Position numbers and translations under genes: made by a program. DNA of 64,000 nt from the NCBI RefSeq assembly GCF_009914755.1, contig NC_060928.1; one strand, given 5' to 3'. Positions 39,443 to 49,715 of this stretch are shown in pieces. The notes under the pieces were generated by a model, which worked only from the letters and a program-made list of their open reading frames with translations, made no database searches and was not told where the DNA came from. The stretch comes from the human T2T-CHM13v2.0 reference genome, Homo sapiens. Every line of letters starts with the position of its first letter. Within the stretch, counting starts at the first letter, position 1.

Positions 39443-40411
39443 GGTTGAATATTGTAATGTCTGAAGTCCACATTTTATATTTGATTCAGTTTCTAATGAA
39501 ATCAAAGCTGAGTGTGGGAATGGGTATGTAAGGTAGAGATGAGAGTTCAAGAAACAAAGATATGAGGGTGTGGCCACTTCATCTATGTTAATGTTGAAAT
39601 AGCTGATAATGATAGTGAGGTGGGGAGAAATTCTTTGCCCTGAGAGAAATCTTCAACAAATGATAAAGAGTAGTAGCTTAGCAGAAGGCATTAAGACATA
39701 AGAAAGGGTGTCACTCTTATAGATGGAGGGAAAAGGCTTTAGCATTAATTTTCTCAAAAGTATGGGGGGAATGAATTAATTGGATACGGCAGTAAGAAGA
39801 AAGGAGGACACCTATCACATCACATTGTCCTGAGGTTTATAGGCTGAGAAAGAATAAAAGGACTTTCTGGTAAAAGCAGTTCAGCAGAAGAATTTACACA
39901 AAAGGAAGCCAGGATTAATGGAACTCGGCCACTGATAAGAACATTCGGAGAAGAGGTGGAAGTTACAGGGGAGTTTGCTGATCACAAATTGTAAGACTGA
40001 AGTGGATGAGAGAGAGTTGAAGATGATTGTGTAGATGAGAGAATGTAAAGAATGGTATAGGTAATGGTGATTATCAGCATATATAGGCACATGAGTTATC
40101 ATGGCCTCAGATCTCAGTCTGAAATGAGGCTGAGTCAAAACACCTGGGTCCTGGTGCTTTCCAATGATTTATTAAAGAGCAGCTCTTCAAAGTTTCCATT
40201 TTTGATAAGTTAAAGAGGAAGGTTTGTTGTGATTGCTTGCTTTGCTTTATTAGAATTCTTCATAGCCTTCCTCCTACGAGATTATAAACTCAATGGAGTC
40301 AAGGACCCACTCAAGAATGTGTTACAGTGCTATTCCCAGGAACTCGCATAGTCCCTGGCATGACATACTAGGGGACCTACTGAAAAATTTGCAGGGGCCA
40401 GAATAATAATA

Positions 40412-41458
40412 CCAGTTGAGTATCCCTAATATGAAAATCCGACATCCAATGTGCTCCAAAACCTGAAGCATTTTGAGTGCCAACATGATGCCACAAAGTA
40501 GAAAATTCCACACCTGGCCTCATGTGACAGGTTGCAGTGAAAACACAGGTGCACAATGCACAGTTTATTCAGTCTGCTGTTGTTTATAGTTGCTGTTGTT
40601 TAACAGCTGATAGAGGTATTCTGATGATGCTACTGTGCTGTTTAGTTACCCCGAACACATTATTTTTTCACTGTATTAATGATATGTCATATTTTTTACT
40701 TAAACACCTACATGTGAATAAGAAAATGATTGCTTATTAATAGCATGTAAGTTCAGAGTCAGGAGTGATGGTGATGCCAAACAACCGCAGATTGTCCACA
40801 TGGGTGGCTTAGATGGTGACACTTTTGCTTTCTGATGGTTCAGTGTACACAAACTTTGTTTCATGCACAAAATTATCAAAATATAGTGTATAAAATTACC
40901 TTCTGGCTGTGTTTATAAGGTGTATGTTAATCTAAAGAATTTTGTGTTTACACTCGGTTCCTATTCCCAAGATATCTCATTACATATATACAAATATTCC
41001 AAAATCCAAGAAACCCTGAAATACTCGTGGTACAAAGCATTTTGGATAAGAAATACTCAAGCTTTTTTGCTCTTTTTTTTTTTTTTTTTGAGAGGGGGTC
41101 TCACTCTGTTACCCAGGCTAGAGTGCAGTGGCTAGATCACAGCTCACTGCAGCCTTGACCTCCCAGGCTCAAACGATCCCCCACCTCAGCCCCTGGAGTG
41201 GCTGGGACCACAGGTGCATGCCACCATGCCTGGCTAACTTTATTTATTTATTTATTTATTTATTACTTATTTATTTATTGGGTCTTGCTTTGCTAACTTT
41301 ATTTGTTTATTTACTTACTTATTTATTTATTTATTTATTGGGTCTTGCTTTGTTGCCCAGGCTGGTCTTGAAGTCCTACGCTTAAGTGATCCTCTGGAGC
41401 TTCAGCATCCCAAAGCATTGAGATTATATGTGTGAACCACGGCCTAATACTCAACCTT
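40412..41458 (+). mobile_element. Tigger4 (Zombi) deletion derivative, right TIR interrupted by AluJ
   Basis: TA + ccagttgagtatccct...gaaaattccacacctggcctcatgtgac...; ends aatactcaacctt + TA. Confidence 0.85.
41065..41445 (-). mobile_element. AluJ with duplicated (TTTA)n middle region
   Basis: TSD aatactcaa(g/c)ctt at 41052-41064 / 41446-41458; ~59-bp unit ctaactttatt...gggtcttgctttg occurs twice. Confidence 0.88.
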
Positions 41459-41877
41459 TATAAGCAGTTGAAGTGGGCTGGATTTTATCTTCTTTATTAC
41501 AGAAAGTCTTTGGATATTTAATTTAAATTAAAGAAGGTAGTTGAAATTTAAAAGGGAAAATATATTTTTCCCTTTTTCTTAAAATGTGATACTTTATTGG
41601 TCTATCTTTTGCTTTTCAATTCTTTATAGACATGAAGGTATAAAACGTATTTATTTGGAGATAAAAACGGTGGCAGGACAATTGAGAGAGGCAGAGTCTC
41701 ACTGGGGAGTTGTCAGAGCTGTGGTGAACATCACATACCCTTCTCTGCCTCCTTTGTTGAGCTGATCTACGCAAATGCAGGCCCTGGTTGTTCAAGGGAA
41801 GACTGACATCCAGACTTGTATATGAAATGTCCTGATTTTGAAATGTTGGTTCAAGTTTTCAAAATGTAGTTAAGGCA

Positions 41878-43104
41878 GTGGGTCTCAGCAGCTCGGGCGG
41901 CGGGAGGAACTGCAGCCCAGCTTCGCGAAGGCTCTAGGTGCGCCCCCGTCCGCAGGATCCTGGCACATGCCCTCCCCGCTGCCAGGATGCCCAAGAGGAA
42001 GGTCAGCTCTGACAAAGGGGCCGCCAAGGAAGAGCCCAAGAGGAGATCGGAGCGGTTGTTAGCTAAACCTGCTCCTGAAAAAGTGGAAAAGAAGCTGAAA
42101 AGGGCAGCAGGGAAAGATATATCTTCAGACAAAAAGGTGCAAACAAAAGGGAAAAGGGGAGCAAAGGGAAAACAGGCCTAAGTGGCTAACCAAGAAACTG
42201 AAGATTTACCTGCAGAAAACGGGGAAACGAAAACTGAGGAGAGTCCAGCCTCTGATAAAGCAGGAGAGAAAGAAGCCAAGTCTGATTAATATCATATACC
42301 ATGTCTTATCAGCTGTACCTGTCTCCCTTCTTGTACAATCCAGAGGAATATTTTTTATCAACTATTCTGTAAATGCAAGTTTTTTAGTAGCTCTAGGAAC
42401 ATTTTTAAGAAGGAGGGAATCACACCTCATCCCATTATTTAAGTGTAAATGTTTTTTTTTTAAGAGGTGAAATTATTCGCTGGTTGTTTATTTTTTGGTA
42501 CAACCAGAAAATACTGTGGGATATTGAATTATGGGAGGCTTTGGCTGTCTTGAGTGTCAGCTTAACATTCCATAGCTGGGGAGGTTGGTTTTTATATCCT
42601 ATAATACAGAGCAGGTTAAATGGCAATATAGAGTATGTCCTGCATTTAATGTCTTGAATATTTTAAATTACTTCTATTCCTATGTTTTGTAGTAGAATTA
42701 TTTCCCAAAGAAAACTACTCCTTGATCATGGCTCTCCCTGTGAGAAATGTGTGCACTCTGTAACATCTTTGGTTGTGGTAGTCCTGATTTCCTAATAACT
42801 TTGTTACTGTGCTGTGAAAGATTAAAAATTTGAATATGTCGTGTATATGCTATTCAGTTGTGAATTGGTGGGACGTATTTAACAGCTTATCAACATGTGA
42901 AGGCACTGGTACTTGATAGCCTTTAAGGAAAGTTTGCTTCCAAATTTTAAGAGGGAAAGTCACTGGAACAACTTTAAAAAAGAATTACAATACATGGCCT
43001 TTTAGATTTTCGGTACGTATGTTAAGAATTGTGTACAAATTGAAACGTCTGTACTGGTCCTCAACCTATAAAATCTCAATGATGAAAGAAAAAAATAAAA
43101 AAAT
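41878..43104 (+). pseudogene. HMGN1: Full-length processed pseudogene of HMGN1 (HMG-14)
   Basis: Intronless 5'UTR, CDS 41987-42289 (MPKRKVSS...GEKEAKSD*) with premature TAA at 42179-42181, ~800-nt 3'UTR and A tail; TSD aaaatgtagtt(a/c)aggca at 41861-41877 / 43105-43121. Confidence 0.97.
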
Positions 43105-43726
43105 AAAATGTAGTTCAGGCAAAATATATTATGTATGATGGTCTTGTTTGAGCTCTCATCCTCAGTCTTGTCTTCTTTTGTGTATTCAATAAATATTTAT
43201 TGGAAATAATGAAAAAATGGTTTGAAGAAGACAATTTATTTAACTTACATTAAACATTTGTACTTAAAGCAGATCCTTCTTTAAATCAAGAAATTGTACT
43301 ATAAACTTTTCTTTAATAATTTCGTATTCAGAAGTTGATTATTTTTCAACTTCTTAAAGGTAACATGATGCTATATTCAAAACTTTTGTTTTACCCAGAG
43401 TAAAGCAAGTGTAAGAATGCAGAATCATGTCTTTATTTGAAATTATTTTTATGCATACTTTAGAATTTGTTGTGAACCCTTCCTAAAGATAAAAATAATT
43501 TATTCAAAATTGCTTTTATTGAATAAAATAAATATTTATTCAATATTTATTCAAAATTGCTTTTGAAGACCTTGTATGGCTCATGAATTATTTTATATAT
43601 CAGATTTAATTATTTCCAGTTTAAAAAAAAAACAATTTCACAGTAAGATTGCTCTTCTCTTGGGGGTTGTAATCATTGTGTAAGGAACACCGATAGTAAA
43701 CTGTCAAGGTTTCTGCTAGTTATGGT

Positions 43727-44225
43727 TGTAAGAGTTAAAGAAAGAGAGAAAAAACATGAAATTCAGCTTGACAGTTAGTTAAAGACACATTTATTTTAGA
43801 GAAAATAAACCTGAGAGGGTCTTCTGGTCGATTTCCGTCAGGAGCACCTTCTCTTACAGACTAAGAGTGTATATTGGTTTTAGGGTGAGGGGGCTTATCA
43901 CAAGCTTGGAATGTTTCTGTGTGAGGGAAGCTTATGGCAGAGTTGGAATGTGTCTGGGTAGAGGGGAGGTTATCTTGGGGCTGACATCTTTCCGGCTGGA
44001 GGGGGTTATCTTGAGGCTGAAACCTTCCCTGCCAGAGAGGGGTTATTTCTGGGCTAGCATGTGTCTGGCTGAGGAGGAATTTGGAATGTTTCTGGTTGGA
44101 GATGTTAGTTGTGGTTTATTTTTGTGCTGACCTTAGCTGATACCTCTTGGATTTAGGGGGTGTTTGATTAAGGTGAACTTTAGAATGAGGGGCTTGTCCA
44201 AGATGGTGATGCTCCTACTCTGTCA
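43727..44225 (-). mobile_element. MER61-family solo LTR
   Basis: Reverse complement starts tgacagagtaggagcatcaccatcttggacaag and ends tctttaactcttaca; TSD ATGGT at 43722-43726 / 44226-44230. Confidence 0.8.
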
Positions 44226-44426
44226 ATGGTAACCTTTAAAGTATTTTCATCTTGGTTTTCAAAATTGTCCTTAAAATATCTCCAATTCAAGATCTCTGAT
44301 CTCCTCTTGGGCATTATTGAGACTCCTCCCAAAACAAACAACAACATAAAGCTTAAGTCAATACAAATATATCTATTTCACATAGAAATCTATACACAAT
44401 TTTTTTTTAAAGTATGCTTTAACTCA

Positions 44427-44762
<336 letters not shown>

Positions 44763-44876
44763 TTAATTCTAGTGTAGAAATATATTTGAATTTATAAATA
44801 TATTTTGAAACTCATTTTTATAAGTGTGGACCAGCATGCAAATAAATGCTAGTATTCTGAGCGGGTCCTCTTTCTA

Positions 44877-45290
44877 TGTGAGAAAAAGAGGGAGAAATTG
44901 AATATATACACCAACAATGGCCAGACCATATGTAAAAATAAAATTCTAATCTGCAAACTCTGTAACAACTGGTTCAGGAAGCCAAACCACAAACTGTGCA
45001 AAATGGTCATGACTTGATCAGTAAATAACAGCTTCCCTAATTTTGCTTCTGGTTCCTGTTCGGAATTAACCATAGAGAGCCAAATAGGTACCTTCACTTC
45101 TAGTTAGCCTGCCTCCAGCTACCCAAGGCCAACAACCTACAATTTCACTTTGAAGATTTCTCACTCCCCTGCTGGACTTTGAATCTTTGCCAAAAGCAAT
45201 TGATGGTGGCTGACTCCCTTGCTTTATGGCAAGCTCTAAATAAACAGTCTTTGCATATTCTCATTTGGATGGTTTTAATTTATTTTCATG
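44877..45290 (+). mobile_element. ERV1-class LTR, family uncertain
   Basis: LTR-like 3' end with AATAAA (aataaacagtctttgc...tttattttca). Confidence 0.5.
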
Positions 45291-45319
45291 AGAGTTATAT
45301 ATTTTTGTTGGTTTTTTGA

Positions 45320-45810
45320 AAGGGGTGAAAAATGGTTCGTTGGTCTAGGAATTAAATTGACATAAGACAGATTAACAGGAGAAAAGCAATTTTATGTGTA
45401 TATGCACAGAAGTTCATACGAGAAAAGGCCAGTTAATTGAGGCTTATATAGCATCCTGAGCTACAGAAAATAACTGTGGTTTGGTGCTTCTGGAACGTGG
45501 TGAAGGCAAGTTACAGGAAGGTGAAGGGAGGAAGATGATGAATAAAAATTGCATTGTTATGAAGATAAAAGTCTTTCAGGTGATAAAGTTATCTCAGAAT
45601 AGATTTTTTTCCTGGTACTGATATTTTTACTAATGAAAAATTTAAAATAGATGTACATTTCCTTTACAAAGGGGAAATTTATATTTTAGGCAGTTGAGGG
45701 GGAGGTAAAGAACTTTTACTGTGTTGGCTGGTTCTCAATTTTTTAAGCTCAAAATAACTAATGTGCCAAAATGGCATATTTGGGGATGATATGTTCTGAA
45801 TTCCTTTAGA
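45320..45810 (-). mobile_element. MER34/MER39-group LTR
   Basis: gacataagacagattaacaggagaaaagc and gccaaaatggcatatttgggg...tgttctgaattcc. Confidence 0.6.
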
Positions 45811-45906
45811 TTAAAATAAATACAAGTAAGTAAATGGACAATGGGTGCTTACTCTGTCCCTGAAAATCTATGAGATAAAATGCAGGAGTATGTTATATAT
45901 GGTAAT

Positions 45907-46368
45907 TGTCAGGCCTCTGAGCCCCAGCTAAGCCATCATATGTCCTGTGACCTGCACGTATACATCCAGATGGCCTGAAGCAACTGAAGATCCACAAAAG
46001 AAGTGAAAATCGCCTTAACTGATGACATTCCTCCATTGTGATTTGTTTCTGCTCCACCCTAACTGATCAATGTACTTTGTAATCTCCCCGACCCTTAAAA
46101 AGATTCTTTGTAATCTCCCCCACGCATAAGAAGGTTCTTTGCATTCTCCCCACCCTTGAGAATGTACTTCCTGAGATCCACCCCCTGCCCACAAAACATT
46201 GCTCCTAACTCCACCGCCTATCCCAAAACCTATAAGAACTAATGGTAATCCCACCACCCTCGCTGACTCTCTTTTTGGACTCAGCCCACCTGCACCCAGG
46301 TGAAATAAACAGCCTTGTTGCTCACACAAAACCTGTTTGGTGGTCTCTTTACATGAACACATGAGACA
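45907..46368 (+). mobile_element. LTR7 (B-like; HERV-H) solo LTR
   Basis: tgtcaggcctctgagcccc...gaaataaacagccttgttgctcacacaaa; repeated ctttgtaatctcccc units; no HERV-H internal sequence follows. Confidence 0.92.
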
Positions 46369-46394
46369 ATAACATGTTAGTGTTTTCTAAAATG

Positions 46395-46425
<31 letters not shown>

Positions 46426-46507
46426 GAAGAATCTTTACTTCTTCGTAAACAAATAGGGAAAGAATACTTCCAAAATGGGTCTGGGTCAGTCTTTTGACTA
46501 CATAGCT

Positions 46508-46617
46508 TTTGTTGTTTTTTGAGATGGAGTCTCGCTCTGTCACCCAGGCTGGAGTGCAGTGGCGCGATTGGCCTCCCAAAGTGCTGGGATTATAGGCGTG
46601 AGCCACTGCGCCGGGCT
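46508..46617 (-). mobile_element. Alu with large internal deletion (both ends fused)
   Basis: gagtgcagtggcgcgat joined directly to tggcctcccaaagtgctggg; flanked by aca(t/c)agctt. Confidence 0.85.
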
Positions 46618-46889
46618 CACGACACAGCTTAATAGGACATTCAGTGAAGGACTTAGATTTCAAGGAAAAAAATATTTTTCATTGACAGTACTGGAAAGAT
46701 GGAAATGTGTTTGTTGTAAGAGGGAAAAGAATTCTCAATTGCCTGTTTAAAAATCACAAATTACCACAATCCATATGACCTTCCACTTGTCCAAATTTAA
46801 GGAGAATCCTTTTAAAAACAGCAATATTAACTATGGTAGTGTGTGAGCTCCAAGCAGGTTTATATTAATGATGATGATGATATTAAAAA

Positions 46890-47130
46890 CAATGAAAAAA
46901 TAATAGTGGCTATTGTTTACCAAGTGTCTACTGTGTATTAGCCTGTTTTTAAATTCATTTTCTCATTTAAATTTCATAAAATTCTTGCGAAGTAGAGGTT
47001 TATCTTTGTTTTAAAAATGAGGAAATAGAAGCTTAGAGTGTATAATGAAATCCAGAATTCACCTGACTAGCATCAAAACTGAAGTTGAAACACAACTCTC
47101 AATGACTTAAAACATACATCCTTTCCTTAG
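46890..47130 (+). mobile_element. MIR
   Basis: Core ctcatttaaatttcataaa...atgaggaaatagaagcttagag. Confidence 0.6.
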
Positions 47131-47869
47131 TATTTCTAAGATTTTCAGATTCTTTTAAAATAATCATCTTGACAGATATTTTTAAAAAGTCAAGTGTGAA
47201 TGGGTTTTCTAACAAGTCTTTTTGATATTACTATGTTATGCTTTTAGTTTTGCTTTAAGGCAGTAACAGTAGGAAATTTAATATTTTTATTCCTTCATTC
47301 AATATGTATTAAGCATTTAATCTGAGTGATGCACTCTCCTAAATATAGGAGATGAAAGGCAAAAAATCTCTTGCATGCCAATTGCTTAGAATTCAGCAGA
47401 AGAGGAGATTCTTTTCCTTACAAAGAAAACAATAGAGCTCTGCATGCTTGATAAAGAATAGGGTGGGGGTAAAGCAAATATTTCAGAGAAAAAGTGACAA
47501 TCCTTCCTCCTTTTTATTCCTTTAACACGTATTTGCTGATAATCATGTATTTATCAAGAACAATTCTAAATCCTGAACTGAAAGGGGAATAATGCATATT
47601 TTTCAATTTAAATTGCTTACCGTTATAGAAGAGCAATGCACATACAAATAAAAAATGACAGTGTTAATGTTTAGTATAAATGCTTAAAGGTGTCAGGGTA
47701 GTGGAGAAAGAGATCCTTTACTAAGAGTGTCAAGGAAAACATTTAAAATGAATATGAGTTCACTAGGTTTCTAAGCGAGGGAAGGAAATTTCTGTGCAGA
47801 GGGGCAGCACACTCTAGGTATTTTGGGGTGGTTTGTTGCACTTGTTATAGTCAAAATTGTGGAAAGATG

Positions 47870-49270
47870 TATTAATAAATGCCCTGTTGGATCATCTGGG
47901 TGCCCAACATACTTTTTTTCAGCTTCATTACTTCCTTTTGGTGATCAGAATCAATAATCTCTGCCAGGCTGGTGACTACTTTCCTTGGCATCAGGAGCTC
48001 AAAATCATTGAGAAACATGTGTAGCTTAAATTTTATTGACACTATTGATAGGCTATCTCTTAGAAGAATACCTGAAGAATTCTAGAATCTAATGTTGTAG
48101 AATAGGAAGCATGAATTCTTTCAGTGGGTTGATGGAATTGACAATGAGCAAAGTCACTCCTAACTCCATCCTTTGTCCTAGACGTATGTATTTCATTTAT
48201 TGTGGACATGGCACCATATAATGGCTCTTGATTTAGGGTGAAAACCACATCTGGAGTTTGGTGTCCCATCCTTGCAGAGTCACATCTCCAATTTAACACC
48301 TCAGCTGTATAATCAAAATGCTGTCTCAATGCTACCTTAGGCTGGCAGCCTCTGAGTGGTGCAGTATGTGATTGGACCAGTGTATCCTGTGTCCACACGT
48401 CCAACATCACACCTCCTTTGCTACAGAATGGCTCTTTGAGTTTGAGATGATGTTGTGCATGATGATGTGACATTTGTTTAAATATTCTGCAAGTTAATTG
48501 AGGCTCTGTGGATAGGAAAGAAAAACCTAACCAAATATTTATGAACATTCCAGTTAAGAGCACTCACTGCTCTTTCCAGGATTGTAGGGTTACAATGTAG
48601 TTAACTTGCCACCAATTGGTTGTTTGGTTTTCGTAAGGGATAATTTACCTGAGAATGAACTGGATTTAGCACTGAATGTCCTCTGTCCTGGCAAAATCCT
48701 CAGGTGTAGACATACTGGGATTATTGGTCACCCTAGACAGCACTTTATTAGGGGCTCTGATTCAGTCTCTATTGATGGCATGTTGAACATTGGGCAGTAA
48801 CAGTAGCTAGAAGAGCCTTGGCAAGTAGGAGTCCATGCTGTAGGGCCCATGCATATGCTATATCTTCATCATCATAGATTGTCTATTCATAAGCCCAGTG
48901 TGTCCTCAATGGGGTAGTTAATATCAGAAGCTGGCTGATATCAACTGATGTCAGAAGGTGGCTCAGATCACTTGGCTATGTCATTATATCAATTATTCTT
49001 TTTAGGCTTTTTATGTGGTGATTGTTCACTCATGGACATCAACATGCAACTTTATGCTTACTTTCATAGTCATGCTTTAGGCTTACTTTTGTAAGTTCAT
49101 CCATATGCCTTTACCTTAAACTTCCTTACCCATGATCTTTCCCCCAAGTCCCAATCAACAATATGAGGCAATCAACCCACTGAGATGAGGCATTTGCCAA
49201 TGCCCTTAATTCTATATGCATTCTTCATTTCCAGATGCCTATACTTGAAGCTGTGTTCCCTTTAACTTTA
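47870..49270 (-). mobile_element. Degraded ERVL/MaLR internal sequence
   Basis: Resembles MLT/ERVL internal regions; adjacent to an MLT1 LTR; the 167-aa ORF has no recognisable intact domain. Confidence 0.45.
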
Positions 49271-49280
49271 CTTATTTTAC

Positions 49281-49715
49281 TGTATCAGTTATTTATTTCT
49301 GCATACCAACTTTCTCCCCAAATGAGTGGCTTAAAGCAACAAGCATTTGTTATTTTTCATGGTTCTGCTTTTTGGCTGGCTGTTCTGATGATCTAGATGA
49401 GGCTTGGCTGATCTCATCCTTTATACATCTGTGGTCAGCTGGTGGCTTTGTTGGGCTCTGACTTGCCTGGGATAACCTTGGCTTGCATAAATTCATTCTC
49501 TTCCACATTCTTCTGCAGGAGAACCTGCATGTTAACGTAGCAGTGGCAAGGCTTCATGAGAAAAAGCAGATATATTCAAGACCTTTTCAATCCTCTGCTT
49601 CCATCAAAATTGCTTCTGTGCATTGGCCAAAGCAAGTCATAATGAGTCAAGTTTAAGTGTGGGAGTATACTGTGAAATAAGTGGATACAGTGAGACATGA
49701 ATAATTAAAAAACTG
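49281..49715 (-). mobile_element. MLT1 LTR (old subfamily)
   Basis: tgtatcagttattt...agtggcttaaagcaacaagcattt...cattggccaaagcaagtca. Confidence 0.7.

Noticed and set aside
43187-43202. Palindrome caataaatatttattg
   Set aside because: Typical of L2 3'-tail remnants; common.
48060-48563. 167-aa ORF
   Set aside because: Lies in degraded ERVL/MaLR-like internal sequence; no intact catalytic motif recognisable.
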